64,000 nucleotides of DNA, taken from an uncultured Gemmatimonadaceae bacterium (GTDB lineage: Bacteria > Gemmatimonadota > Gemmatimonadetes > Gemmatimonadales > Gemmatimonadaceae). This document shows positions 1-9,782 of the stretch, piece after piece. Position 1 is the stretch's first letter, and the number at the start of each line of letters is the position of its first letter. Where the stretch lies: positions 96,001 through 160,000 of the forward strand of contig CAWFQK010000001.1 of assembly GCA_963817955.1 (NCBI GenBank), in the 5' to 3' direction. The position numbers were made by a program, and so were the translations under genes. The notes under the pieces are model-generated. The model was not told the DNA's origin, searched no databases, and worked only from the letters and a program-made list of their open reading frames with translations.

Positions 1-600
1 GCAGACAGGGGCATCGCTGTTCACGCACTGCCCTGGTCTCCGCGTCGTCTGCCCAGCTACCGCACTCGATGCGAACGGTCTGCTTCGCACGGCCATTCGC
101 TGCGAGGACCCGGTCATCTTCCTCGAGCACAAGCACCTGTATCGCCAGACGTACAACAAGTCCATGTATCCGGGACCGAACTTCATGATTCCGTTCGGGA
201 AGGCAAAGCTCGTCCGGGAGGGCACTGACGTCACCATCGTGACGTACGGCGCTACCGTGCAGCGCGCCTACTCCGCGGCCAACCAGCTGGCCGAGGAGCC
301 GGGATCTCGGCGGAAGTCATCGACCTTCGCACCCTTTCGCCCTGGGATCAGGAGGCCGTGTACGAGTCAGTGAAGAAGACCAATCGCGCAATCGTGCTGT
401 ACGAGGACGCGATCTCGTGGGGATATGGCGCAGAGATCGCGGCCCGGATTGCTGACGACTGCTTCGCCTGGCTGGATGCGCCGGTCAAGCGCGTGGCGTC
501 AACCGACACTTTCGTGGGATACGCGCCGCGGCTCGAGGACGCCATCCTGCCGCAGATCGACGATATCAAGCGGGCCTGTGAGGAAATCGTTCGGTTCTGA
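1..600 (+). CDS. 2-oxoacid dehydrogenase E1 beta subunit/domain, 5'-partial, with an apparent 1-nt frameshift near 299
   Basis: Frame 2 reads ..[46 protein letters not shown]. Frame 1 continues [36 protein letters not shown]. These are transketolase-like C-terminal motifs. Confidence 0.9.
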
Positions 601-616
601 CGCCGTATAGCCCAGC

Positions 617-1513
617 TCAGCCATGCGGCGGAAGTCGCCACTTGGCCCCGGCGTCACCCAGCGGCGCTCCCTCGAGTCCAGGGAGCGCCGCTTGCTTGTA
701 CCCCTGGGGCAGGATGAGCAAATTTTCGTCGATGTCGCGACTCCGAATATCCGACACCGCCGACGTCTGTTCCATCTGCTCCACCTCTCCCGGTCCCTGA
801 ATCAGCCGGCTCGACGTGGTCGTTCGCAATGCCACTGCATTGCCCATCCGGGCCGCCGCGGAATCGACTTTCGTCGACAGCTCCCGGAACATACCCGTCG
901 CCACTGGCGTGCCCGAGAAACCATTGGCCCGCAGCAGCGGATTGCCTGGCAAACCTGGCACCGATGCGACCCAGTAGTCCGTCACGCTCTCCGTGGCCAA
1001 ACGTCGCTGCAACACGCCAGCATCTATGCGCATTGTAAATGCGGTCGTCATCCGAAAGTGCTGCGTGGGAAAGCCGGATATGGTGTCTCCCGGGCCAAGG
1101 CTGTCGAGCGTCACCTTCACGTCGGCAACCGTGGCCTTGAATCCCATCGATTCCATATCCTCCACCCTCTGAATTCCGGCGTCTCGCGGCAGCGGCACGA
1201 ACTCGCGCGTGGCAGGATGGACCACGAGCAGATCGGTGCTGTCGAATAACACATAGTCGCCCTTTCCAAAGAGCGACTCGACCCCGCCGTCCAAGATATC
1301 CATTCGACCGCGGCCCGCAGCGAACACGGCGCTCGCGACATAGCTCCGCTCTCCTGGACCCATGACGCCCGCCATGCCGCCGCCCGGTCTGTGTGCGTCG
1401 CCCACGCGAATGGTGTACGACACACCGTGGAGCACGCCAGCTCGGGCATTTGCCTGCGCTGTTGCCGCTCCTGCGGTGGCGAGCATCATCACGACATGTA
1501 GCAGTCGCCGCAT
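617..1513 (-). CDS. Secreted hypothetical protein (possibly DUF4412/LolA-like beta fold)
   Basis: 298-aa ORF with an N-terminal signal peptide (ATAGAATAQA). The C-terminal IDENLLILPQGYKQ resembles the DUF4412-type ending. Confidence 0.65.
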   Translation of the reverse strand: MRRLLHVVMMLATAGAATAQANARAGVLHGVSYTIRVGDAHRPGGGMAGVMGPGERSYVASAVFAAGRGRMDILDGGVESLFGKGDYVLFDSTDLLVVHPATREFVPLPRDAGIQRVEDMESMGFKATVADVKVTLDSLGPGDTISGFPTQHFRMTTAFTMRIDAGVLQRRLATESVTDYWVASVPGLPGNPLLRANGFSGTPVATGMFRELSTKVDSAAARMGNAVALRTTTSSRLIQGPGEVEQMEQTSAVSDIRSRDIDENLLILPQGYKQAALPGLEGAPLGDAGAKWRLPPHG

Positions 1514-1600
1514 AATCCCCTCCCATTACTGTGTGATAGCGAGCATCGTTCCGCGCGCCCTACCCCCGCCTGGCAACCGCCAGCGATAGGTTTCCGGCAC

Positions 1601-2536
1601 ATGATTGCGACCAACATCTGGTTCTGGGTTGGCTTTGTCGGCTTTGTGCTGGCGATCCTGGCGCTCGACCTCGGCGTCTTCCATCGCACGCCGCACGAAA
1701 TCCGACCGAAGGAAGCGGCGACTTGGACCGTAGTCTGGGTGGTCCTCGCGCTGATCTTCGCAGGGGGACTCTCCTTCTTCTTCGGCCATCGATCCGGCTT
1801 GACGTTCCTCACGGGATACGTCATCGAGGAGTCGCTCAGCGTCGACAACATCTTCATCATCGTCCTGATCTTCGACTACTTCCGGGTGCCGAGGATCAGT
1901 CAGCACAGGGTGCTGTTCTACGGCATCCTCGGGGCGCTGGTGATGCGCGGATTGTTCATCGGCGTGGGCGCGGTGCTCATCGCGCGCTTTCACTGGATCC
2001 TATACCTGTTCGGTGCGATGCTCGTGTTCACCGGCGTCCGAATGGCGTTCCGGGAAGAAGAGACGTTCAGCGGCGACGACAATTTCATCGTCCGTGCTGT
2101 CCGCAGAGTCGTGCCGCTGACCGCGACCTTCCACGGGAAGCATTTCTTCACCCGGGAGATGGGCCGGCGCTTCGCAACGCCGCTGCTGCTCGTCCTCGTC
2201 CTCGTGGAATTCACCGACTTGATCTTTGCGATCGATTCGATTCCGGCCATCTTCGGCGTGACGCGCGACCCGTTTCTCGTGTTCACCTCGAACATCTTCG
2301 CCGTGCTTGGTTTACGATCCCTCTACTTCATGCTCGCCGCGGTGATCGATCGTTTCCATCTATTGAAATACGGGCTTGCCGTCATCCTCACCTTTGTCGG
2401 TGTAAAGATGTTGACAGAGAAGTTCTTCGACATCGGCATTGTGCTCTCGCTCGGCATCATCCTCGCAGTTCTGGCCGCGACGATCGCCGCGTCGCTGATA
2501 TGGCCGAGGAAAGCGGAGTCGGGCGTCAACGGATGA
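1601..2536 (+). CDS. TerC/Alx family metal homeostasis membrane protein
   Basis: Motifs GYVIEESLSVDNIF, QHRVLFYGILGALVMR, DLIFAIDSIPAIF and TSNIFAVLGLRSLYF. Confidence 0.95.
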   Translation: MIATNIWFWVGFVGFVLAILALDLGVFHRTPHEIRPKEAATWTVVWVVLALIFAGGLSFFFGHRSGLTFLTGYVIEESLSVDNIFIIVLIFDYFRVPRISQHRVLFYGILGALVMRGLFIGVGAVLIARFHWILYLFGAMLVFTGVRMAFREEETFSGDDNFIVRAVRRVVPLTATFHGKHFFTREMGRRFATPLLLVLVLVEFTDLIFAIDSIPAIFGVTRDPFLVFTSNIFAVLGLRSLYFMLAAVIDRFHLLKYGLAVILTFVGVKMLTEKFFDIGIVLSLGIILAVLAATIAASLIWPRKAESGVNG

Positions 2537-2595
2537 GCGGCGAGGGTTTACCGGCGGGGCAGGACGAGCAGAGGGAGGCATGGCCGCTCCCCAAC

Positions 2596-2625
2596 AAAAA
2601 GCGGCTCGCGCAGAGCGCGAGCCGC
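2596..2625 (-). terminator. Rho-independent terminator (minus strand)
   Basis: Perfect 11-bp stem GCGGCTCGCGC-AGA-GCGCGAGCCGC with an A5 tract on the left, which is a U-tract on the minus strand. It lies downstream of the small minus-strand gene. Confidence 0.75.
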
Positions 2626-2667
2626 ATACGATCAGAAATCGTCGAGCGCGTGCCGTCAACGCTGGCC

Positions 2668-2850
2668 TCAGCCTTTTCGTTCGGTTGCATCCCGCACGTC
2701 GAGCAGGATCTCGAAATAGAGTTGCTCGCGGCGATAAGCGAAGTCGAGCGTGGCCATCTGCGAATCGTCACCCGAGGCCTTGGCCCGTTCGAACGCTTCG
2801 CGGTACATCTCGTCGAGGTTGCTGAGGATTCGTTCGCGTGAGCGTGACAT
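2668..2850 (-). CDS. Small helical hypothetical protein (60 aa)
   Basis: MSRSRERILSNLDEMYREAFERAK..EQLYFEILLDVRD. Protein-like composition and followed by a terminator. Confidence 0.7.
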   Translation of the reverse strand: MSRSRERILSNLDEMYREAFERAKASGDDSQMATLDFAYRREQLYFEILLDVRDATERKG

Positions 2851-2991
2851 GCTGATCTTCTCGAGGGCTCTGAATGTCAAACGGGGAGGGTCGTCGTCGG
2901 CGCGGCTGCTGCGGGTCGCCTTCTATCCGCTCGAGCAGATAGTTGCGCGCCCGATCCATAAGCATCCGACGTGACTTCGGGAGATTGTCCA

Positions 2992-3315
2992 TTGAAGCGG
3001 AACGAAATCTTCGAGCGCGACGAGCACCGATGCGTCTACTGCGGCGAGCAGTTCCCCAACGAGGAGCTGACGCTCGATCACGTGCAGCCGCGGGTTCGCG
3101 GCGGCGACCGCTCGGAGGGGAACTTAGTAACCGCGTGTCAGGCGTGCAACACGATCAAGGGGCATCAGCGCCTGAGCATGTTTCTGTACGAGCACGCCGC
3201 CGCGCGCGCGAATTTCTTCCGATATTCCACGAACGTCTGGCCGCGGCTGCTTCGACTGGTGAACGCGGAGCTCGCGCAGCTCGACGCCGGCCGGCCGGTA
3301 GCCAAGAAGTCCTAG
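2992..3315 (+). CDS. HNH endonuclease (stand-alone)
   Basis: IFERDEHRCVYCG..LTLDHVQPRVRGG..NLVTACQACNTIKG is the McrA-like HNH motif with CxxC pairs. Start is uncertain (TTG 2992 or GTG 2971). Confidence 0.9.
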   Translation: MKRNEIFERDEHRCVYCGEQFPNEELTLDHVQPRVRGGDRSEGNLVTACQACNTIKGHQRLSMFLYEHAAARANFFRYSTNVWPRLLRLVNAELAQLDAGRPVAKKS

Positions 3316-3388
3316 CGCCTCGGTCTCCGCCACGCATTGCATGAGCAGAGGCGGTGTTCCACCATGCAGGGAGGTAGCATTCGTGTCG

Positions 3389-4183
3389 ATGAATATGACC
3401 GAGACCATCCGCATCGGCGACCTGACCGTGCTCCGCGCGGCTCCGCCGCACGCAACGCGGCCGCCAGTGCTGTTCGTGCACGGCTACTTCGCCGACGCGA
3501 CCGCGTTCATCGACTGGCTGCCGTTTTTCGCGGCGCGCGGTTTTCCGGCGTACGCCGTCAACCTGCGCGGCCGGGCTGGCAGCCGGCCCGGTACAGACTT
3601 GGGGCGCGCATCGATCGCCGATTTTGTGGACGATGCATCGACCGTCGCGCGCCACCTCGACGCGCCGTTCGTCGTTGGGCATTCGATGGGCGGGCTGATC
3701 GCGCAGTGTCTCGCCGAACGTGGCGAGGTGCGCGCCGCGGCGCTGCTCACACCGGCGCCCCCGCGCGGCATCAGCGTGCTCTCGGCGCGAGTGGCGATCA
3801 AACAACTCAAATATCTGCCTGCCATTCTCACCTCCCACGTCGTCCACCCCGACCGGCAAGACCTGCGCGAGCTCTTGGTCAATTGTGTGCCGCCTGAACG
3901 ACAGGATCTCCTGCTGGACATGATGATCCCGGATAGCGGACGCGCCGGCCGCGACATGTCGATCACCGGCGTGCGTGTGGACCCCTCGCGGGTGCGCTGT
4001 CCCATGCTCGTGTTCGCCGCTGACGAAGACCGTTTCATTCCCGCGGCGATCGTCGGGCGCATCGCCCGCCGATACGGGGCGCCCCTGCAACTCATGACCG
4101 GCCACGCACACATGCTCATCGTCGAGCCAGATTGGGAGAGCGTGGGCGACGCCGTGGCCCGTTGGCTCGCCGACGCCGGCTAG
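3389..4183 (+). CDS. Alpha/beta hydrolase
   Basis: PVLFVHG, nucleophile GHSMGG, Asp in DEDRF, and catalytic His in GHAHM. Confidence 0.92.
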   Translation: MNMTETIRIGDLTVLRAAPPHATRPPVLFVHGYFADATAFIDWLPFFAARGFPAYAVNLRGRAGSRPGTDLGRASIADFVDDASTVARHLDAPFVVGHSMGGLIAQCLAERGEVRAAALLTPAPPRGISVLSARVAIKQLKYLPAILTSHVVHPDRQDLRELLVNCVPPERQDLLLDMMIPDSGRAGRDMSITGVRVDPSRVRCPMLVFAADEDRFIPAAIVGRIARRYGAPLQLMTGHAHMLIVEPDWESVGDAVARWLADAG

Positions 4184-4263
4184 CAGACGGCTTGAAAGCG
4201 GAAACGCGTGGACAGGACACGGGAAGCTCGGGGCATGCGCTGATCATTCCGGGAGTAAGACTG

Positions 4264-4732
4264 CTCATCCTGACGCGAAGCGAAGGAGCTATTGACCGCA
4301 GACGGCGCAACAGCTTTTGAACGCAGAGGTGGAAACTGCAAGAGGACGCGGAACTGCAAAGAGAACTGCAAGAGAACTGGAAGAGGAATGCAAAGAGAAC
4401 TGTAAGCGTACGGAAGAGGGAAGCGGGTATCGGTGGAATGAACTCGTGATTGCCGAGTCCACAATCATTCCGCCTATGTCGTTAATGATCCCGACCTGGG
4501 CGATACCATCGGAGCATCACGACGGCATCAGCCAAGACATCCAGGCGAGACAATCCTTCACAGTCCTCTGCAGTTCTCTGCAGTTCTCTGCGACGTTATC
4601 TCTGCGACCTCTGCGTTCAAAAGCTGTTCTATCGGTCGCAGAGATCCTTCGCTTCGCTCAGGATGACAGCATTACTCCGGATGACAGGCCGTCGCTCCGG
4701 ATGACAGGCCGTCGCTCAGGATGACGGGCCGC
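4264..4732. repeat. Nested palindromic repeat element (REP/MITE-like)
   Basis: Perfect 22-bp inverted repeat 4309-4330/4607-4628. Outer imperfect IR TCATCCTGA(C)GCGAAGCGAAGGA / TCCTTCGCTTCGCTCAGGATGA. Inner inverted GAGAACTGCA-type tandem arms. About 3 x 20-bp GGATGACAGGCCGTCGCTC(C/A) at 4679-4732. Confidence 0.85.
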
Positions 4733-4860
4733 GATCTTCGCAGCCGCGTAACCGATCGCGGCGATTCACTCGTAGTTCAACAGCTGTATCTTTCCACAGC
4801 CGCTCGGCGCGACAGGGGAAACGCCGTCCGCGCGCCCATCGAGAAATAGGATGATGACCT

Positions 4861-5361
4861 GTGTCGACACCTGCAGATGCCACTCCCGCCCTCACCTCCG
4901 CGCCAATCACGCCGGTCGTCACTCGCAGCGAAGTCACCTGGCGCGGCGAGCGCCTGTTTGACGCGGGTCCCGCCGGTCGCACGCACCGCATCGACGCACA
5001 CGCCAAGGAAGCGCCTGGGCCCGTCGAGACCTTGCTCAATGCGATCGTCACCTGCTCGGCGGTCGACATGATCGAGATCATTGCCAAACGCAAGACGCCG
5101 GTGGAGCGCCTGACGGTGAGCATTGCCGGGGAGCGGCGATCCGAGTCTCCGCGGCGCCTGATGAAGCTCGACATCGAATACCGCGTCGACGGCGCCGGCA
5201 TCGAGCGCGAGCACGCGGAGCGCGCGATTCAGCTCAGCTTCGAACGCTACTGCTCTGTGGCAACGTCGCTCGCGCCAGACATCATCACGAACACGATGCT
5301 CGTGCTCAATGGCGAGCGCGGAACAGCGGTGCGCCAGAAGGTCTGGGAAGCAAGCCGCTAA
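4861..5361 (+). CDS. OsmC family protein (YhfA-like)
   Basis: PGPVETLLNAIVTCSAVD and LSFERYCSV carry the two conserved Cys. Confidence 0.9.
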   Translation: MSTPADATPALTSAPITPVVTRSEVTWRGERLFDAGPAGRTHRIDAHAKEAPGPVETLLNAIVTCSAVDMIEIIAKRKTPVERLTVSIAGERRSESPRRLMKLDIEYRVDGAGIEREHAERAIQLSFERYCSVATSLAPDIITNTMLVLNGERGTAVRQKVWEASR

Positions 5362-5369
5362 TCAGACAT

Positions 5370-6296
5370 TTGTCGTTTCCGAGCGCCAGCGTGTCCAGCG
5401 CCTCGCGCCGGTATCCTCGTTCGCACATCATCGCGGCGTTCGCGGCGGTCTACATCGTGTGGGGTTCGACGTACCTCGCGATCCGCTACGCCGTACAGAC
5501 CATCCCGCCATTTCTCATGGTGGGCTCGCGTTTCCTCGTGTCGGGTAGCCTGCTCTACGCGTGGTCCCGCGCCCGCGGCGCGGCGCGACCAACGATGACG
5601 CAGTGGCGCGATGCGTCGATTGCCGGCGTGCTCATGCTGTGCTGCGGCAACGGCGCGGTATCGTGGGCCGAGCAGCGCGTACCGTCCGGCCTCGCCGCCT
5701 TACTCGTGGCGATCGTGCCGCTCTGGGTGGTGATCGTCGACTGGCTTCGGCCACACGGCACTCGACCGCGCTCGATCGTGCTGCTCGGGGTTATCGTTGG
5801 CCTGATCGGACTCGCCATCCTCGTCGGGCCGGGCGCGATCGCGGGCGGGGCCGTAGTGGATCACACTGGCGCTGCGGTCCTTGTCATCGGATCGCTCGCC
5901 TGGGCGATGGGGTCAGTGTTCAACCGCTACGGCTCTCGACCGCAGACCGCCACGATGTCCACTGGTCTGCAAATGCTCGGCGGCAGCTTCGCGCTCATTG
6001 CACTCGGTGCAGCATCCGGCGAATTTCGCGATCTCCACCCGGCTGTGATTACCACCCAATCGTGGATGGGATGGATCTACCTCGTGACGTTCGGCTCACT
6101 GGTCGGCTTCACGGCCTACATCTATCTGCTGCAAGCCGTGACACCGACGCAGGCGTCGACCTACGCGTACGTGAATCCCGTCGTCGCGGTGTTTCTCGGC
6201 TGGCTGATCGCCGCTGAGCCGCTGAGCGCTCGCTCGCTGATCGCCGCCGCAGTGATCCTGGGCGGCGTGGCACTCATCACCATCAGAAAAAGCTGA
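5370..6296 (+). CDS. EamA/DMT family transporter (YedA-like)
   Basis: VYIVWGSTYLAIR, YLVTFGSLVGFTAY, STYAYVNPVVAVFLG, and about 10 TM segments. Confidence 0.93.
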   Translation: MSFPSASVSSASRRYPRSHIIAAFAAVYIVWGSTYLAIRYAVQTIPPFLMVGSRFLVSGSLLYAWSRARGAARPTMTQWRDASIAGVLMLCCGNGAVSWAEQRVPSGLAALLVAIVPLWVVIVDWLRPHGTRPRSIVLLGVIVGLIGLAILVGPGAIAGGAVVDHTGAAVLVIGSLAWAMGSVFNRYGSRPQTATMSTGLQMLGGSFALIALGAASGEFRDLHPAVITTQSWMGWIYLVTFGSLVGFTAYIYLLQAVTPTQASTYAYVNPVVAVFLGWLIAAEPLSARSLIAAAVILGGVALITIRKS

Positions 6297-6321
6297 ACGG
6301 GCGACTCGCTGCATGCCGTCG

Positions 6322-7941
6322 TTACGGCACCGTCTTTCCTGAGACCCACCCTTCGCGCACCATGACCTGAGCGGCGCTCGCGTTCGCCACAGGTTCCAGT
6401 GCCCAATTCGCGCCCTCATGGTGCAACTGCAACCCGGCGGGCTGAAGCACCTCTTCATAGTTCATGTCGTCCGTACCACCGACGTATTTATCGAACCATG
6501 CGTGCATGTCCACGCCAGCCGCATCACTCACCGCACGAACCACATCGTCTTCCGTGTAGCCTCGGCCCTGCAGATAGTACGAAGCGTTCGGCGCACCCCA
6601 CGTACGGTCGCGTAGAAGGCGGAACGCGTCATCGAGCGACTTCCGGTTATTCGTGTGACCACGGATGAACAGATCGAGGTAGAGTGCGATCCCGGCTCCC
6701 TTCGTGTAATAGGAAAAGAACGCGTTCCGATTCACGTCGTATCCCGGCGTGGCGCCGTCCCAGAAGGGCGCCTCGAACGAGGCCATGCGCGCCGAGACTT
6801 CCTTGCGTCCGGGCGCAGTGAGATTGGCGCGAATGATGTTGCTGGCGGCCGTATAGATCGCATTGGCGGGAAGGACACCCGACCGCGGCAGCGCCATCTG
6901 TCCGTAGTACTGCGTCCACCCTTCACCCACCCAGAGGCTGGGCTGATACTGCTCACGCGTATAGTCGAACGGGCCGAGCGCGACGGCGCGCACTCGCTTC
7001 ATGTTCCAGACATGGAAGTACTCGTGCGCCGCGGTGCCAAGGCCCGGCAGCACAGTCGCTCCGTCGGACCACTGATTGCGGTCGATGATCTGAGTCGAAT
7101 ACAAGTGTTCCATCCCGTCCCCGCCGGCGTATCCGATATTGAACAGAAACGTGTACATCTCGAGCGGTGGCGGGTCGAAGACGGAGTTCTCGTACCGGAC
7201 GATCTTCCCGAGGTCGGTGAGGAATCTGCGACGGAGCAAGGTGCTGGTCGCCCCATTGTGGTGCACCATCGCGCGGTAGATCCGATTGTCGATGCGCAGC
7301 GTGTCGAGCATGATGTTCGCCGCGACCTCGGTCGGAGTGTCCACCAATCGATCGTAATTTTCGAAATTGTAATCCGCCTCGTTCGCCGCGCGCGAGTCGC
7401 CATTGACGATCTGCCAGGCGTTCGGGACAGCGATGTGGAGACGCACCGGGTCCGGCTTATGATCGACGACGTACATGAACAGCGACGCGCCGTTCCAGTT
7501 CGCGTGCGCCGTATCGAGCACACTGAACGTGCCGGAGAGCGTATTGGCGTATACGCGATAGCGAACGCTCACCGTACTCGCACCGTCGGGGTAGATCCGC
7601 CAGAGCGACCCGTTTTCGCGGTCCCATCGAATAGTCTTCGGTCCACTCGTGACGGCAAAGTCCGTCACGTTGCGCGCGAAGAAGAATGGCGCATAGCGGC
7701 CGGGCGACCACACGGGCATCTGCAACTGCACCACGTCGGTACCGATCTTCGCGATGTCGATCTGCACGTCATAGAGGTGCGAGGCCGGGTCCGTCCAACC
7801 CACACGATATGCAATCTGGAATGGATTGGTCGAGGCCGTCTGCGACGGAGATTGCGACGTACCCGGAACCATCGAAGCGCCCCGGCACGCCATGAGCGCC
7901 ACGGCGAAGACCAGTGAGAACCGCGTCGTGCGTTTGGACAC
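6322..7941 (-). CDS. M61 family glycyl aminopeptidase-like metallopeptidase (probable lipoprotein)
   Basis: MPVWSPGRY, GMEHLYS, zinc motif AHEYFHVWN, LWVGEGWTQYY, SYYTKG, and an LMAC lipobox-like signal. Confidence 0.92.
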   Translation of the reverse strand: MSKRTTRFSLVFAVALMACRGASMVPGTSQSPSQTASTNPFQIAYRVGWTDPASHLYDVQIDIAKIGTDVVQLQMPVWSPGRYAPFFFARNVTDFAVTSGPKTIRWDRENGSLWRIYPDGASTVSVRYRVYANTLSGTFSVLDTAHANWNGASLFMYVVDHKPDPVRLHIAVPNAWQIVNGDSRAANEADYNFENYDRLVDTPTEVAANIMLDTLRIDNRIYRAMVHHNGATSTLLRRRFLTDLGKIVRYENSVFDPPPLEMYTFLFNIGYAGGDGMEHLYSTQIIDRNQWSDGATVLPGLGTAAHEYFHVWNMKRVRAVALGPFDYTREQYQPSLWVGEGWTQYYGQMALPRSGVLPANAIYTAASNIIRANLTAPGRKEVSARMASFEAPFWDGATPGYDVNRNAFFSYYTKGAGIALYLDLFIRGHTNNRKSLDDAFRLLRDRTWGAPNASYYLQGRGYTEDDVVRAVSDAAGVDMHAWFDKYVGGTDDMNYEEVLQPAGLQLHHEGANWALEPVANASAAQVMVREGWVSGKTVP

Positions 7942-8052
7942 CAGCTCCTCCTCTCGAGAGTGCAGCCGTGAAGTGTGGCCGGTTCAGGGCCCACGGTCCA
8001 GTGTCGTCTGCACAAAGCACCCGGCATGCCCTTTGCCACTTGGCTCGTTCCA

Positions 8053-8763
8053 ATGCCGACACGAAAACGCGCCGCCCGGTCCACGCCACTCGCCGAGTAC
8101 AAGCGCAAGCGCAATTTCACAAGGACCGCCGAGCCGGCAGGGAAAACGGTCTCGACGACGGCAAAGCGCGCGCTGCACTTCGCGGTCCAGAAGCACGCGG
8201 CGAGACAACTGCACTTCGATCTCCGTCTCCAGATGGACGGCGTGATGAAGAGTTGGGCCGTGCCGAAAGGCCCGAGCTACGATCCGGCCACGCGTCGCCT
8301 GGCAATGGAGGTGGAGGATCACCCCATTGAATACAACACCTTTGAGGGCACGATACCGGAAGGGCAGTACGGTGGCGGCACGGTCATGCTATGGGATCGC
8401 GGCACCTACGAGCCGGAGGACGGCGGCGGCGAAGCAGCGCTTCGCGAAGGATATGAGCACGGCAATCTGAAGGTCGTACTGCACGGCAAGCGTCTGAAAG
8501 GCACATGGGTGCTCGTGCGCATGCGACGAGACCAGGCGGGTCGCGCGCCGTGGCTCCTGATCAAACATCGCGACGACACGGCAGATCCAGACTTCGACGT
8601 CACGGGCGAGATCGAAACGTCAGTCGTCAGCGGCCGCACGATGGAACAAATCGCATCGGGCGGAGGGCATGCGACGAAGAAGCACGCCGCGAAAAACGCG
8701 AAGAGCACGGTGCGCAAAGCCGCAAGAGAAAAGGCCGCAACGACTACTCGCCAAAGACGCTGA
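8053..8763 (+). CDS. Stand-alone LigD 3'-phosphoesterase domain protein
   Basis: YKRKRNF..FAVQKHAARQLHFDLRL..SWAVPKGPS..EDHPIEY..YGGGTVMLWDRG..WLLIK, followed by a basic Lys/Ala tail. Confidence 0.93.
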   Translation: MPTRKRAARSTPLAEYKRKRNFTRTAEPAGKTVSTTAKRALHFAVQKHAARQLHFDLRLQMDGVMKSWAVPKGPSYDPATRRLAMEVEDHPIEYNTFEGTIPEGQYGGGTVMLWDRGTYEPEDGGGEAALREGYEHGNLKVVLHGKRLKGTWVLVRMRRDQAGRAPWLLIKHRDDTADPDFDVTGEIETSVVSGRTMEQIASGGGHATKKHAAKNAKSTVRKAAREKAATTTRQRR

Positions 8764-8809
8764 TCCTGGCTACGTCCCCCGGTGAGGAATGATCCGGAAA
8801 ACAGCGAGG

Positions 8810-9775
8810 CTACACAGAGGTTACCGGGTGGTGCCTCGTGTTCGTCTGACGCTTCACGACCCGTACCTGCAGTAACCCCTGGTCGGCGCGATCGATCAAT
8901 CGTTGCAGGGTTTCGGCGTGCTCCCGCGCACTCCAGCCTAGAGAGAATGGAACTGGTGCGTGTTCGAGGGCTTCGGCGCGCAGGCGATCGGCCACGCGCT
9001 TCGTCTCGGCTTCTTCGGAATCGCGCAGCAGTACCACGAACTCGTCGCCGCCAATACGCAGCACGGCTTCCTCAGCGCGCACATAGCGCATGAGAAAACG
9101 CACCATGCGCGTGAGCACGTCGTCCCCTTGCTGATGGCCGTACCGGTCGTTGTACAGTTTGAAATTATCGATGTCGACGAAAATGCAGCCAAGTTTGAGG
9201 TCAGGCTGCTGCGCGAGTTGCGCTTCGGTCTGCATCAGGTACCGCCGGTTGAACGCACCGGTAAGCGCGTCGCGCGTGCTCATCTCGAGGAGCGCCGCCT
9301 CGAGCATCTTGCGGGAGGAGATGTCGACCAGGATTCCGTGTATGAACGCCTCCCCGGTGTCCGGATCGCGGATGAGGTAGCACGTATCGAGCACGGTAGA
9401 CGCCTGACCATCCGGCCGTCGCAGCGCAATCTCGAACTCACGAACCGAGCCGTCGCGATCGAGGAGCGCCATCTGCTCCACCCGCCTCGCGGGGTCTACG
9501 AAGAGACCGGATGCGCCAAAGGTCCCGAGTTCTTCGATCGATTGCACGCCGAACATCGCCAGGAAGGCCGGGTTGGCATCGAGAATTTGCCCGTCGCGAC
9601 TCGTGATGTAGATCCCCTCGCGAAGGTTGCGCGCGAACTCGCGCAGGCTCTCGGGGTCGCCGAGGCTGCGGAAACGCGTGGAAGAGGAGACCCGGGCTCC
9701 GGGGGCATCAGGAGTCAAGTGGTCTGGAGAAACCGTCTTCGGCTTCTCTGCGGTACTGAGTGTTGCGCGGTTCAT
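8810..9775 (-). CDS. PAS-GGDEF diguanylate cyclase
   Basis: PAS (ILDANPAF), DALTGAFNRRY, DIDNFKLYNDRYGH, and an intact RIGGDEF. Confidence 0.95.
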   Translation of the reverse strand: MNRATLSTAEKPKTVSPDHLTPDAPGARVSSSTRFRSLGDPESLREFARNLREGIYITSRDGQILDANPAFLAMFGVQSIEELGTFGASGLFVDPARRVEQMALLDRDGSVREFEIALRRPDGQASTVLDTCYLIRDPDTGEAFIHGILVDISSRKMLEAALLEMSTRDALTGAFNRRYLMQTEAQLAQQPDLKLGCIFVDIDNFKLYNDRYGHQQGDDVLTRMVRFLMRYVRAEEAVLRIGGDEFVVLLRDSEEAETKRVADRLRAEALEHAPVPFSLGWSAREHAETLQRLIDRADQGLLQVRVVKRQTNTRHHPVTSV

Positions 9776-9782
9776 ATCAGTA

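Noticed and set aside
1514..1600. yybP-ykoY riboswitch upstream of TerC
   Set aside because: The intergenic region is short, and I cannot see the conserved riboswitch motifs.
4317..4724. 135-aa ORF containing ILRFAQDD
   Set aside because: It is a spurious translation of the palindromic repeat element.
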